64,000 nt of DNA from Tubiluchus corallicola (lineage: Eukaryota; Animalia; Priapulida): assembly GCA_030141605.1 (NCBI GenBank), contig JAQGDQ010000579.1:1-64000 (forward strand). The letters run 5' to 3'. The first letter of the stretch is position 1. Every line of letters begins with the position of its first letter. The translations under genes were made by a program, and so were the position numbers. The notes beneath the pieces are model-generated. The model worked only from the letters and a program-made list of their open reading frames with translations, was not told the DNA's origin and ran no database searches. This document shows positions 37,921-52,679 of the stretch, in pieces.

Positions 37921-38219
37921 CATAATGATTGCCGCCACCTAGGCAGTTGTATTTAAAATAATGATCTTTATACTCCTACTGATAAACAAAATGTACAGAC
38001 CTGCGATTTTTTTTATAAACGTGGCTTCACAGTGGTATTAATTGTAATTAGCACTAGTTTATAAGAACTAGATGGCTTCTCAAACGTTATTAATACGCTA
38101 CAAGCAGTTGGTTACACTATAACAGCATCCTGAGATGTTTGTACAGTGTAGATATAACACACCACAAACAGTGATGATCTGAAACATTTGTGCACTTAAC
38201 ACACCACGGGTAATAAACC

Positions 38220-38600
38220 TTTTCACTGTTTCGTTTTACGCACGCGCAGGTGCTGTAGGTCAGAGGTTAAGTGTACCACAGCAACGCGTCTTAACTACAA
38301 CCGTCACGTGATATGTTGGTAAAGCAAAGCTTGCCACATCAGTTCAGTAACTTCGGTTGTTTTACGTGTACTTTACTTAGTTATGCATTAGTCTATGCGT
38401 AGAGTGATTTACTAGCAGGATCTGGCTTGAGAACAAGAAAAAATGAACTAGGTAAGGTTCTAGCTAGCTGTTAAAATCTGTTACTATTACAACAGCTTGT
38501 GTAGCGAGGCGTTGCCGAGTATACACAAATGCATTGTCTGGTACACTTAACCTTTCACCTTTTCACGATCATCATCAATCGCTGGAACTGCAAAAAGGCT
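38220..38600 (-). repeat. Interspersed repeat family E
   Basis: Inverse of 7115-7490; internal inverted motif gaggttaagtgtacca / tggtacacttaacct. Confidence 0.7.
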
Positions 38601-38745
38601 TACTGTGAAACAAAATCGCATAAAGCACAATGGAATCAACGCTGTAAACACGAAATTCAGTAGTTTAAACGTAGAACTTGAATCCAAACATTAAACCAGA
38701 TCAGCATGAAACTCACCGGTAACAAACAATCTATGTCTGCCAACT

Positions 38746-38748
<3 letters not shown>

Positions 38749-38819
<71 letters not shown>

Positions 38820-38975
38820 AATCTCCCCCCTCTCTCTCTCCTCTCAATCTCTCTCTCTCTTTCTCTCTCTCTCTCCCCCCTCTCTCTCTCTCTCTGTCTC
38901 TCTATCCTCGCAATCTCTCTCTCCTCTCAATCTCTCCCCCTCTCTCTCCTCTCAATCTCCCCCCTCTCTCGCTCT
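38749..38975 (+). repeat. (TC)n polypyrimidine tract
   Basis: Direct reading. Confidence 0.96.
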
Positions 38976-41837
38976 TTTGCTGCAAAAACTAGAAATCTTA
39001 CAAAATTATCGATTAACTTGCCACTGACTCAGAGATTTGGCTTTAATTTAGATCTACATTTATTTGTTCAATCCTGGCATTTTTAAGCTGCTATCTGAGT
39101 TTATTTAGGCCTATGATGACAGATAAACTTTAGACGCTTAGAACAGCAATCACACTATACAATTCACGATCAATGAACGGTGACATTTAGTCGTAATGTT
39201 AAAAGGCTATTAAACGGTCTCTCATTCTCACTTTGACAAAATGCCTGTAGGCATTTTTCCTGCGTAGTAAACTGTAGTACCTATAGACGAGTATATAATA
39301 TACATCCCTTGGCCACGTACAACATACAATAATGGATGAATGAGGAACTCTAAGGATATGTAAATTATATATGCAATAGTACACACCACTCATGTTCTTT
39401 GTTTCGTGCAGGCTCTCTAGGCAGAATAAGCTTGTGAGCTCAACACGCTAAATTCCTTGCGATAATTCCTGTTAAATTCTGCTGGGAAACACGATACGAA
39501 AGTCGTATATAAACTGTGTAATATCATTGGGCTATGTAATCACTTATTTTTAAACCTATAAATTAGCTCATTTGGTTTAGAAACTTTAAATGATTTGTAG
39601 CAATTTGCAATATTTCGTTGACTGCATCTGTGTCGTTTTACGGTTTAGTGTTTGAAAGTGCCTTCATTTTTCCTTTATGAAATTGTAACGTATTTCGTAA
39701 TATTATCTTACGTATATGGCGCTAATAAACTTATACTTTCGAGAACTTATAAAACTACGTTCTAGCTTTGAGGTTGCAAACCAAAAATACAGTTTATAGG
39801 CTAATGAAGTCTGAGCATCACCAATCTATAAACATTAAGTGTTTTTCAAGTTGCAACACAGATCAATGAGACCATTGTAAAAATCGTTTCTGATAGGATT
39901 ATGAAGTACAAAAAAAAACCATGGATTCTTTTTTCTCTCTGGAAACTAAGTGTTGTTGAAACTTGTTTGCAATCCATTTTCACGTTCGAGAGTTACAAGC
40001 GAGTTAATGAAGGGAACAGCTGAATGCATTAGAAGCCTGCTTGCCCATAAATGTCAAAATGATTAGTGTTAAACGTCATAAAACATTAACCATGATCTAG
40101 CCTAGGGCACACACATAGTATTTCAAAAGAAATGTAAGTTGAAAACTTGAAAGAGAGATTGAGATTCACATACTGCTACAGAAAATAAATAAAATCACTA
40201 CACATGTATTGTACGTAACCTACAAGCAGATTGCACAAACAACGGAAGCACACAGAGGAAAATATTTTATGTTCTTGTCCTTTAACTAGGTAAATAAGAG
40301 CAAGTTATGCTGATGTTGATTTTAGTACTGCTGCACATGTGATAGGAACCAAGAACACTCGTAAAAATTTGTTTTGATGTTTTAAACACGTACGCTTAAA
40401 GAATATTCGCCATTTTGTTGGTAGTAAGACGTCAAGTTGAGTTTGTTTATATATGTATATACAAGGAACATTATATTTTTTCTATAGTTTCTTATTGTAT
40501 TGTACTAATTCATAAGAACTTTGTTGTCTTTTGGCGGGCACGTGTACAGTTTAATGTTTAGTTTTGATGCCTAATTTTTGTGAATGTCGAATTTATTTGG
40601 CCTTTTGACAATAAATTACTACTACTACTTTGCTTTGTCACTATATAGTTGAATAGCAACGAATTACAAGTTGCACACAAAACACTCAGTTTTTCAAAAT
40701 TACGCAACGAAAGTTATTTACATAACGAATCCAGGTAAATAATGCAGCGAAAAAAGGCACAGGAAAAAACAAATAACAATATCCCCTAGTCTAAAGTAAT
40801 TGTGACTTTTTTCTGTCGCTTTTTCTATCCAAAATTGTAACTTTTTTTCTTGTAACTCTATTACCGGTCACCTACATGGTTTGGAAAAAATGGTCACCTC
40901 ACACACACCGATGTGGTTTGGAAAAAAGGAATCAGCAATTAATCGGCGAATGTTTGAAATTAAGCCCCGTTGATGCACCTTTACGAAGCCCGTGCATGCA
41001 AGATCTGCTATGAAGCAGCTAACATAGCATATCCGTTTTGTATATTGGCTAATAAATCTCAATTTCTCTAACAAATGGTCTACAGTTCTGCTTTCTGCCA
41101 ATAAAGTTGAACTGTAATATTGTTGCTTATCGTTTCTATTATTGATGGGAGGCAAGGATTCGAAGTAATACGACATTTATCGATTGTTTTGAAAAAGCGT
41201 TTTTAAGACATGATGAACAGTATACTCATGTAATGCAATGACCACATCATTGAAAATGAGGCCAGATGAGTGACAACCTATTTTAAATACTAATCATTAG
41301 ATTCTTCATTTAAATACCTAAAATAACTATCAGGAGCGATTTTGTAATATTTGTTTTATTAAAATTGTTTTGTTTTGTCTGCAGTGTCAGTATATCTGCA
41401 CTGCTTTACAGTCGGTACTGCCAAGGCTGATTACAAGGAAGGCAGCAATTCCATCAATACGTTGAATTTTTCTGTTAACAAGATTCACGCTTAACAGGTC
41501 TTCTATACGCGAGCAGCGATGCAGGTAAATGGCTTCTTTCACTTCTTTCATTAAACCTCCAAGGTTTCCCATATCAGTCATTATTCCGAGGAAGCCGTTT
41601 GGCTGAAATTTTTTTTAATTGCAACTTTCCCGTATGACCATTGACCACAAGGAAAACTCAGACAGATATATCATCAAATTCGCGTCCCGTTCGCCTCAGA
41701 CACCTCAAATGCTTTGTGGGATGCAACTTTTCAAAATTTCAGCAGTGAGTAAGCAATATACATGTAACGTTGTGGAATAACGGCTGACTATTAAGAATAC
41801 ATGCACAAAACAGTACATCCACGTCTAATACATCAAC

Positions 41838-42354
41838 TTGAAGCACAAAAAACACTCTTCATAAATAATGCCGCTTAGAAAACTCGTCTTGAAGCTCTAA
41901 ATCACCCACATGCTGTCTTAATTGCATACAGAGCTTGCGTTAGCAGTAACGCTGTCTAAAACTTGTAGCTCCCGCGATGACCATTATGTGCAGCCATTTT
42001 AAAGGTAAGTCATTTGAAAAAAGTTCAAATAACAAGATAACAATGCGTAAAGTTTGAAAAATAACCAGAGCATTAGTAACACAATCTTCGCTGACTATGC
42101 AAAAGCATAAATTACCTTATATTTCCAATGAAATCAATAATATGTTATTAGATGAATCACTGGTGCACACTGGGATGGCGGTGCAGTACCGTTTTACCAA
42201 GTGACGCGAATGTTTTGAATTACTGAGAATTTTCTTTTCCAATTACACAAGTTTTTCAAACAGGTAAGCGTAATTACGGCAACGCTAAGTAGTATAACTT
42301 TGTATGGAAAGTTCTTTGGGAGATAATTTAAAACTTCCTATTCCTGCCCTTCAA
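41838..42354 (-). mobile_element. Family B-related copy
   Basis: Same internal blocks; degenerate termini. Confidence 0.65.
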
Positions 42355-43039
42355 AATACAGCATCGTTGCTTCTCTAATCTCTAACTAAAGAAATGACAT
42401 GGTCGCTGTGAAGGAAACTGTAGCCAAACATCAACAAATTACTTCTACAGTGCACAAAGCTAAAAGTTATTTTATTCATACATGAGTGGTTTCTTTCAAA
42501 GGTTACTCCACACTCAGGTAGATATATCAACACCAGGACTGTCAGAAAACGAAAAGGTATTTCATTTTATTGGGCGAACTCGTTAATGTCTACAAATACA
42601 TAAAGGAAAAATAGGAGTCATAAAGGAATAAACTTCTATATTAACCAGGCGTGCGATAGTTTTGGCGACATTACCGCTAGGCTGATCAATCGCCAGTGAG
42701 CCATCTACCGTCATCGTCATATATCATTGTTAAATTACTTTAAAAACGCTTTAATACTTTGACATTCTCAAGATACACGTAATAACGTTATCACTTCAAT
42801 GAAACTCAATGAACGAGCAGACGATTCACCTGCGGAGAGACGGCAAGGCGTCTGTTTTACATCCGACATTTGATGATGACACAGCTATATGGCACTTGAG
42901 AAATTTTACTGTAGAACACCTGCTTGCTAAAATGGCTTCACCTATAACGGCTTCACCATCAAATTTTAATTAGTGATCAGCGAATTTCTAATGCAAGTTC
43001 TAGAATTTCAATGCTAAACCTAGGGTAACTATCTGGTGG

Positions 43040-43652
43040 TGGAAGTCTATCGCAATTCTTTACATCATTTATTATTTGAATGTACATTAGAAAACCAAGC
43101 CAAGAGAAATGATTTTATTAGCACTTTGCCTACGTTAGATTCGGACTATGTTTTCTTTAGCCGGGTTAATAATAATGCTATAAATGCTTTTGCAAATCTT
43201 ATCTCGGATGAATTCCTATCGTCTTTCGCCCGTATATAAACAGTCTGTTAGTGATGAAATTTTACAACTCTCGTCGTGTTTTCTATATGCTGTTTTGTTT
43301 TTATGATTATGTGAATTTACATTAGACTTGGTAATTGTGTTTATTATAATTGTACTCGCTGTTTTTCATTGTGTAAAATGCGTGTAAATTTTGTTACTAT
43401 GTATTAAAATATGTTCGTTATCTTTTACTATGTATGTATGTAGTATTGGATTATAATTTGTAACCATGTCTATTGTATATGATCGTTGTCGTTCAATGTG
43501 TCTCATGCGTTGGATTCTAAATTATATATATATGTGAATAGATTTAATACATTGTAAATGCTTTTGGAAATTTTAAACTTATCCCTACAAATAGAGGGAA
43601 TGTATTCTGTACATAGTTTCTAAAAATAAAGAATTATAATAATAATAATAAT
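43040..43652 (+). mobile_element. Decayed LINE 3' end
   Basis: HHLLFEC..KR motif, AT-rich 3' UTR, aataaa and (taa)n tail. Confidence 0.55.
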
Positions 43653-43735
43653 TAGAAGCATGATGAAAATACATATCAAAAATAGCAAAATTAGTGGACT
43701 TGGGCCTAAACTTTTTTCGATTACAGTTTTTCCTC

Positions 43736-44320
43736 TTAAAACAAAGCCGGGACCAATGCCAAACTGTAGGTCAAAACAAACTACTCTTTAAAATATTGAA
43801 AGGAGACATACTGTTTTAGAGAATCACCCATATGAAATAATAGTTACCGCAGATCCCTAATCTCGCCTTCGCTCCGTTCTTCGTTGTTATTTGCATTTCG
43901 CCGTTTGTTAATTAGAAGAGCACTAGCGGCCACATTTCGCAAGTGTGTTGCATGAAAAACAGGTGCTGTACCTCTCAGTCCAGACCTGTTAGTTCGTGAC
44001 GAGCTAGACACGTTCGACAGCTCTTCAAATTTGCCGTGTTTTGTCTATCACACTGAACGTTGCACAGTAGCATAGTACTTCAATTTTGGATTTCACAAAT
44101 ACATGCAACACGCTCCTAGAATGTCTTTTGTTGCTGCTGCTGAAAATTGCGTTCGTTTGTGACGTCATCAGTAGCTGAGCCCGCCCGCCGCTAATTGAGT
44201 TTTTAACCTATTATTTATTTATTAGAAACACTTTGGCATTATTATAGCTATTAAAATGTATACATTTTACTGTACTTCAAAATGGGGCAGGATATGAAAA
44301 ATCGTCCTTTTTTGCTTTAA
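43736..44320 (+). mobile_element. Kolobok-like MITE family A copy
   Basis: TTAA at both ends; diverged body. Confidence 0.72.
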
Positions 44321-44805
44321 CATATTGATATTAACAATATCACACATTTACCCAAAAGTCGTTACTTACATACTAAATAGTGGGCAAGTTTTTATTCCAC
44401 GCGAAAGCCTGGACAGCCATCCTCTCTAAACGCGGGTGGCTTCTCGACAAAAGTAACAACTCTGTCGACGAATTACTTATCTAGTTACCAGCTGGTTATG
44501 TTTGTAAACAATCGTAGAAGACATGTAAACAAGAAGCGGCATTCGTACACACGTCTACCCTCGGAAAAACACAGCTGCTCATAAACTCTTGGACACAGAG
44601 ATAGCAGCCGCAGCTTGTAGTATAGTAATAAAAGACAGCATACAGCAATTCCATGATCAACTATGACGCCAACGCCAACCGTGACCTAAACCTTGCAACA
44701 GTTATAGCTGGTTTCATTTTCAATAAATGCTTTAGTGTTATTATTTCACGAGTAAAGAACTGATTGCAAGGCTCGACATTTTCTAGTTTTTCCAGAGTGA
44801 AAAAT

Positions 44806-45377
44806 TTAAAGGAAAACCGAACCCAATGTTAAACTGTAAATCAAAACAATCTCATCTTTAAAATATTGAAAGGTATTGTCAATTTTGTCAAAAATGACTT
44901 ACGTGAAAGAATTATTACCACACAAATGCAATTTCGCGTTCCCGCCACTAGTTCTTCACTGTATAACACATTGCACAAAAAACAGGTGCTGTACCTCTTA
45001 GTTCAGACGTATTAGTTTCTCACGAACTGCACACGTTCGACAGCTCATGCGTGAGTACAGCGGTAAATCTGAAATTCGAACTTTTATCTTAAAACTTGCC
45101 TAGCTTTAGTACAACACACTGAATATCTTACAGTAGCGCTGTACTTCGATTTTCGCTTTCGCAAACACGTGCAACACGCTCGTGGAATGTTTTCATGTTG
45201 AAAATTATGTTAGTTTGTGATGTCATTAATAGTTAGGCTCGCCCGCCGTTAATTAATTTTTAATCTATTATTAAACTATCAGAAACGCTTTTGCAGTATT
45301 ATAAGTGTTCAAATGTGTACTTTTAACCATATTTAAAAATGGGGCAGTGTATGAAAAATCATCCTGTCTTCCTTTAA
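44806..45377 (+). mobile_element. Kolobok-like MITE family A, complete copy
   Basis: ttaa-aggaaaaccgaaccc ... atcctgtcttcct-ttaa. Confidence 0.82.
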
Positions 45378-46067
45378 TGTATTTTAAAACATGATTGGTG
45401 ATTTCCCGTGTGTTATGAATAATGAAGTTAATAGAAGTGGACGTCCGTCAAGCCTCGTGTGCAGAACATCAGAATTTCAATCAAAAGAAACTTGCTGCAA
45501 TTCATTTCCTCTGCTCTGCAGAACTCCTGCGCAAGCGAGTGTTTTAGAAAGGCACAAAACTAATATTGACAGTGAAGTTTATGATGTTTGTTTTGCTTGT
45601 AAAGTAGCTACTTGTTGTCAACGCATCCGCCTCACCGTTGGCACGATTGTGACTGGCATGCACTGTTTGCAAACACTATTAACTTGCTTAATGGATTTTA
45701 CAATTTTCATCAGTATGGAGTTACAGAGAAACCCAGCAAAAGCAAGGGCACACGTGCAGACCAATCGGCCAAATAAATTTGTGAAATGTTTGCGAGCATA
45801 ACTATAATGATTTTCTTATAGATTTCCATTTACTTTGTAGATCACTGTACGCGTTAAATTATAGTAATATTGCAAACTTATTTGACGGAGAATTGATGTC
45901 AATTAGAAATTTCATTTACGACTGTATTGCATAGATTTTTGAATTAAATAGTATAGCTTTGTTAGCGGACATATAACCGCATCATATAAGCAAAACATTT
46001 GTTTATCACATGTGTACAAATGCCTAGTAAATAGTTCTTTTCCCTTCATAGAGTTTACAACTAAATT

Positions 46068-46105
<38 letters not shown>

Positions 46106-46212
46106 GTAATTGGTTAGTATGATCTGGAAATCATTACCCGAGCTCTGCTCGCTGCTAAAACCATCGGGTATGCATCGAGTTTGTAATTTTTGTGTTGGAA
46201 ATTTGATTTAAC

Positions 46213-46333
46213 TATCTATCTATCTATCTATCTACCTACCTACCTACCTTCCTACCTACCTACCTGCTGTCTGTCTGTCTGTCCATCCGTCCCTCCCTCC
46301 CTCCATCCATCCATCCATCCATCTATATGTTTG

Positions 46334-46422
<89 letters not shown>
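46213..46422 (+). repeat. Compound tetranucleotide microsatellite (TCTA/CCTA/TCTG/TCCA)
   Basis: Direct reading. Confidence 0.96.
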
Positions 46423-46489
46423 ATACAGAACGTAGTAAATGTTGGATGCAGACAGTCTAAGTGCCTTTGGTAACATATAAGCACAAGAA

Positions 46490-46993
46490 CTTAAAACGGA
46501 AGAAAGGGCAATTTTAAAGTACAGCATATACCAAAAAACTTTCAATACAAAATAATATTGCTTAGCACTAAGCTTACCTGCTGCTAGAAAGAGTTAACTA
46601 ATTGAAAAGGAAAATTCTTAATACAGCAATTTAAATGTTCCGACCACCTGTCAAAACGTCACTGATTCACCTTCCCAGAGAGCACTAGTGACTCATCAAA
46701 AACATTTATGACCTTGTCGACAATCTAAAGTAATTTAAACTTTTGCCTGGTTAGGGAAGAGCACGCTACAAATGCTCTGATTATTTTTTCAAACTTTACT
46801 CAATGTTATCCAAACTTGTTCCAAACGTCTAAAATGACGTATCGTTGCAGAAATTTAAATTTACGAGTTTTACACAGCGTTACTGCTAATATGCAATATG
46901 CAAGCCCTGGTTGCAATAAGACATCAGGTAAGTGGTATAAAATCTTAAATCTCAATAACCTTTATTTATGAAGAGTGTTTTCTTGTCCTTTAA
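46490..46993 (+). mobile_element. Family B-related copy
   Basis: TTAA at both ends; right end tcttgtcct-ttaa. Confidence 0.65.
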
Positions 46994-47027
46994 CATAGAG
47001 AATCTCAGTTCGTCTCTTTAAATTTTC

Positions 47028-47658
47028 TTAAAACAAAACCGAACCCAATCTAAAACAGTACGTCAAAACAGTCTGCTTTTTAAAGTATTGAAACGTACTA
47101 TTTTTTCAAGAATGACTTACATGAAAGAATTATTACCACACAAACACAATTTCACGTTCGTGCCACTAATTCTTCGCTGTTACATGCATTTCACCATTTG
47201 CTGGTTAGATGGGCACTAGCGCCTGCATTTTGGACACGCATTGCACAAAAAACAGTGCTGTACCTCTCAATTCAGATGTGTTAGTTTGTGACGAACTGCA
47301 CACGTTCGGCAGCTCATGAGTGAGCACAGCGATAAATTTGAAATCTCATCATTTAACTTGCCTAGTTTTAGTACAACACACTGAATATCTTACACTAGTA
47401 CTGTATTTCAATTTTTGCTTTCTCAAACACATGCAACACGATCATGGAATGTTTTTGATGTCGAAAATCACGTTAGTTTGTGATGTGGGCTCGCCCGCCG
47501 TTAATTAAGTTGTTAATCTACTATTTTTAATTACCAGAAATGCTTTTGCAGTATTAATTACCAGAAATGCTTTTGCAGTATTAATTGTGTTAAAATGTAT
47601 ACTTTTATCGGACTTGAAAATAGGGTAGCATATGAAAAATCACCCTGTCTTCCTTTAA
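47028..47658 (+). mobile_element. Kolobok-like MITE family A, complete copy
   Basis: TTAA at both ends; same body with a short internal tandem duplication. Confidence 0.8.
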
Positions 47659-49229
47659 GCAAATAAGCCTTATACGAGTTAAACTTAGTCAACAAATATA
47701 CACATTCGAGTCACCCTAAGTACATATTGGAGTCAAATATTTTGGTTCAATGGAAAGGAAGCTTTGCGAATCAACTAAAAACAAGAAAATGTCAAATTTC
47801 AGCTCTGGGTGAATCACCATTGGTCACGTGCTGATATTCACATTGTACTGTGGTTACAGTGCCTTTACACACTCGCGATCCTAAAAAGATCTATTTGGGT
47901 TTGGCGAACTATTTCTCGGCAATACAGCAGCACATCGTCAGGCATTTTACCATTTCCTGTTTCCGAGGATGCACAGCTTCGCTTAGCTTATTTATGACCC
48001 GCAGCTCAGCCTCGCCGCCGACTTCCCAAAAGCGACAGTCGAAATCAGGTGCGTGGCGACGGCTTCAGGAAAGGTGTAAGGGTGGGGGAGTGCCCGTGAG
48101 AAATTATATCAGTATGACTACGCGGCAGAGTTCAGGCAAAACAGACGCTGGTTTGTGGAAGACAGAAATCAATAGGAAGCCATTGACGTGCTGTACCTAG
48201 GAGAGCGCCTGAACCAGTAAATGGGCAAAATTCTTGAAGCCAATTACAAAGAAGTAATTACTGTTCGCCGAAGTCAAAACGCAGGTAAGTTACCATGTAA
48301 CTGGTTGGTGTAATTACCAAATTAGCAAAGGTGATAACTGGCCAACGCCTAGTCCACAAGGTCCTTCAAAAAATAACATTCAAAACACTGAAATCTGGCT
48401 GCACGACCAGTTTTCACTAACAGTTACTTAGCAAATGGCTATTTGTTGAAGGGGTGTTGAAATAGCGTCAAAACGGTTTGTGTGAAAACCAGCTTTGTCA
48501 TTTTCGTCGGTGACATTTGTGTGTTCTTAAAATCGACATGAAATAAATGTTTATCTTATCTTATCCTGAACAAAATAATAAACAATTTGAAGAAATGAAA
48601 TGAAACAATAATTTATTATCAAATATTTTAGGAATTAAATGCAGAAGCGCAAATGAATTTTTAAAACTATGTTCGAATAATACCAAGTATGGTGCACTAT
48701 TGGACAAACTTTCACATCTAAATAATGCAGAAAGAGTAGGTTTCCAATGTACTATAGTCTGAGCTGTTCGCAAGTTCCCGGACATACTACAAAACTTAAG
48801 CAAAATCACTCACGAAAATTGCTGCACTCATGCACTTGCAAAACATCACTTCTGGAAATATGTGGAATGTAGCATAGTTTCATACGAATCAAGATATGTA
48901 ATCTGTAAGGTAAATTATTAAATTATCTATATAATGTCATATCGTATATCTTTTGGCTATCTAACTACTGAATTGCATTTCGATGTTGTTTCTAATTTCT
49001 GGTAAATTTCTTTGTTTTAGATGCCTTGACAATGGACAGTTTGGTTCGAAACTGGTCGGCAATAAATTCAATCTTGGTGCAGTTACATCTATTTGCCAAA
49101 TATGGATAATTCAATTCATCATTTATGCACTGGCTTTTTATTAATAATAGGTTGTTTTTAGTGATACCGCGGCGCTTACGTACCCGCAATGAATGGGTTC
49201 TTCTCGTTACGTCACAACGTCGTTTGAAA

Positions 49230-49680
49230 CACGTTGAGAATTTACATAACATGGCATAAAGTTTAAACGTCTAACTATCGTAAGCATTTGGTAGCACACT
49301 CTTCGCTAGCTAAGCGAAAGTATGAGGTACACGTACAAATATTGTCAATGTGTTTTGGGTGAATCAGTGGTGCACACTGGGAAGGTGAATCAGTGGTGCA
49401 CACTAGGATGGTGATGGCATGAAGTTTTAAAAAATAATCGTAAACATTGGTAGCCCACTCTTCGCTAGCTAAGCGAAAGTATGAGGTACACGTACTTTAT
49501 ATTGTCAATAAAATCAATGTGTTTTGGGTGAATCAGTGGTGCACACTGGGATGGCGATACAGTGACGTTTTACCAATTGGGGTGGATATCTTAAATTATT
49601 AAGAATTTTCTTTTCTAACTACATAAACTTTTCAAACACGTAAGTAATACAACTTTGCATGAAAAAATTTTGGGGATAAA
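49230..49680 (-). mobile_element. Family B-related fragment with internal tandem duplication
   Basis: Repeated gaatcagtggtgcacactggga and ctcttcgctagctaagcgaaag blocks. Confidence 0.55.
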
Positions 49681-49692
49681 ATTCTCCACATT

Positions 49693-50086
49693 CAGGGCCG
49701 GATACAGGTGTTAGAACAACGGTTGGCCCAACAAAAAAGCAGTTAGGGGGTCTGGGAAGTGGTGTGAGCTCACAAGCAAGATCCACCCGGACAACAATAC
49801 ATTTTACTGCATTTTAAACCACTTTTCTGCCTTGTAGAAGCCATTTCCTCAAGGAAGCTCACTAGTTTAGAACAGGTGTCATCTCACCTTTGACTCAAAA
49901 TTACACACCAATATTTGATATACATTATACAGCATACATGATGTACATAACTTTCAACTGTTTTCTTGTGATATACGATTTTTACAGATGCAAGGTACCT
50001 TTAGGATCGTTCTAATGCTTATAATTCAGAGAAAATATTAGTTTGTAAAGGGAAGGCCCATGCCCCACCCCCTAAATCCGCCAATG
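49693..50086. mobile_element. Non-autonomous TIR DNA element
   Basis: cagggccggatacagg ... cctaaatccgccaatg imperfect TIR; acatt directly flanks both ends; related fragment inverted at about 8445-8600. Confidence 0.55.
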
Positions 50087-50370
50087 ACATTGCATGCCGC
50101 CTCATTGCCGCAGTCAGAACGTTTTTGCTAGGTCATGCTAAACGTTTCTGCCACAGCGGTCTTCAATATCATCATTGATTTTAACCGGGATACCTTCCAC
50201 ATTTGAACTGTGGAAAGATTAATTATTTTTCTTTAGGCGTCCAAACGAATTAACTTTTCATTAGACGGTGAATCAAGATCTACGTGATCGCATCACGCAG
50301 ATTACAGTAAAGTAATTAATGACTCGCAAAGCGATAATTTTAAATGAAACGTCTCTAATCAACAAAGTAC

Positions 50371-50615
50371 AGACTAGCGAGTTTTCTCACCAAGTAACTC
50401 ACAAGCGCGTTCAGACTAGCTAGATTTCTTGCCAAGTAACTCGCAAGCGCGTTCAGACCAGCTAGATTTCTTACCAAGTAACTCACAAGCGCGTTCAGAA
50501 TAGCTATATTTCTTGCCAAGTAATTCGCAAGCGTGTCCAGACTAGCGAGTTTTCTCACGAAGTAACTCACAAGCGCGTTCAGACTAGCTAGATTTCTTGC
50601 CAAGTAACTCGCAAG
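50371..50615 (+). repeat. 42-bp tandem repeat x6 with alternating variants
   Basis: agactagc(g/t)ag(t/a)tttct..caagtaactc(a/g)caagcgcgttc. Confidence 0.92.
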
Positions 50616-50655
50616 CAGGGAATTCTGCATAGAAGTTTCACAAAATTCAATAAAA

Positions 50656-51022
50656 TAGCGAGGCGATTTTATACTACAGGCCTAAGTGACCGAACTTTAA
50701 GAAATACGAAACCATTCATGCCTATAAACCGGATGTGTCGAGGCCAGTCGGTATTAACTTCCGCTTTTGTTACCCGTATCATATAAATTCTACAAGGATA
50801 GCCAGGCGATTTTATTCTACAGGCCTAAGTGACCGAACTTCAAGAAATAGGAAACCATTCATTCCAATACCTATACACCGGATGTGTAGAGGTCAATTGG
50901 CATTAACTTCCGTTTTTGTTACCCGTATCATATAAACTTTGCAAAGGTAGCGAGGCGATTTTATTCTACAGGCCAAAGTGACCGAATTTTAAGAAATAGG
51001 AAACCATTCATTCCAACACTTA
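50656..51022 (+). repeat. About 142-150-bp tandem duplication, 2.5 units
   Basis: aggcgattttat(a/t)ctacaggcc(t/a)aagtgaccgaa occurs three times. Confidence 0.88.
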
Positions 51023-52679
51023 TAACAAGTCAGAAGTAACAAAGTAACAGAAAGAACAAGTAAATCTGCACTGACATCATGGCGTGATCGACAGACACAT
51101 ACCAAATAATTAGTCGTATTAATCACTCTGCGTTGAAAGACGCACTAGGCGCAGATTAACATGAACGATTATTGCGTTGTTTACGATCTATTAAACGGTT
51201 ATGAGAATTTATGTGCGCGCGATAAGTGCTCGTAATTTGAGAGAAATAACTTCGTGATTATGTAAGTATGCAGCTACATGTAATATTTGTTAATAACACT
51301 AAATACTATATACACATACTGTATAGGCTTTATTCTATTCTCTTTTGTTTGTTTTTTATACTATCAGTAAATACTATAAAAATTGCAAAATAATAATAAT
51401 AAATTAATAATATTAAAAGCGTTGTAATCACGTACTCATTGTTAATTATTAACAGTACACATATGCGCATGTGCATGCACATTTCCAGTAAATATCCATA
51501 TTTGATGCGTCTTGTTTTTATCAATTTATCTTGCTTACTCCCCCCCCCCCCCCTGCACAGACACCACGCTCTCGCCAATCTAAGACCGCTTATGCAATAA
51601 ACACGCCGCAAAAGTACATTTAAAACCCAGTGCAATAAAATGCGTTGGTCACGCTACCTCAGTCTAGAAAACGTAACGTCGGGATGACTCATTCCACATT
51701 AGTCTGATTCAAACCATAGCAGTACGGCTGCACTGTCATTACCTGAACGTCATAAAAACATAACAGCCTAACAGGTGCTAACGAGTTAAACCTCTTAACC
51801 GTAACACGGTCTCATTTAGAACTCTATACATTACATAGGCGAATCCTATATCCGCAAATACTGCAGCTGCTTGGCTTGCTTTACTGAATAGCGCACTTAC
51901 AATATTAAAATTTTCGCGACAATTGTAAATGTTTCTCTTCACTGCAACAAAGTAGACGCTAGCCGAAGAAAAAGCCTATAAGAAACCCGGCAGGGGAAAA
52001 CATAACCAGAGTATTTTTAAGAAAACAGAAGCATTAAATAAAGCTCTAGCTTATTTTGCAAGATCTTATCCGTTTGTAAAGGGATGTAAAAGGGTTAAAT
52101 GCGTAATACAATGTAAATTTTAGGTCACGAACACATATGTATATATATTTATATGATATCATATATGTATAACTTGGGCAAAATTTATCCTGATTTTATC
52201 GTAAATTTTATCAAAAGTCCTTGTTCTTATATATTTGTAAGTAAATCGTGCATGTAGAAAAGTTTGTCATTTTTAATGCTTTCCTAGTAGAGTAATCGAA
52301 ATAATCCCAGTGAATGGATTCTGTAATTATGAACCTTAATTATTATAAATAATTGCTAAAATATTTTATAAGCAAGTTTGAGGTACACGTTTTAAGAACC
52401 TAATTATAATTGACCGTGTTGTATATATACTCTTATGTCATGATACAGTGCAGAATTATCGGCTTGCAAATAAGCTTGCATGTAGGTATATATTGTGCAA
52501 ATAAAGATATATTGTCATCATCATCATCATCATCATGTCTTCACTGCAAATTCGATTTTTGACAGTTGACAGTTGTGCTTAAACGTTATAAATACGACTG
52601 AGGCGACGAATGGACGACAAATTATGATTTAAATTTGCAAAGAGATTTTAACGGTTTAGCAATGTAAATCATGATAGTT

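Noticed and set aside
47809-48290. GC-richer patch with short ORFs and a caggtaagt donor (THAP-like exon?)
   Set aside because: No complete C2CH THAP signature in one frame; cannot be supported.
50355-50630. Leucine-rich-repeat-like ORF (also 23352-23703 and 46190-46435)
   Set aside because: Translations of 42-bp, 5-bp and 4-bp tandem repeats.
51535-51810. TRIM-like arrangement (TGTTACGG start, TGGCGAG PBS-like motif, G-run PPT on the minus strand)
   Set aside because: No second LTR after the G-run and no TSD.
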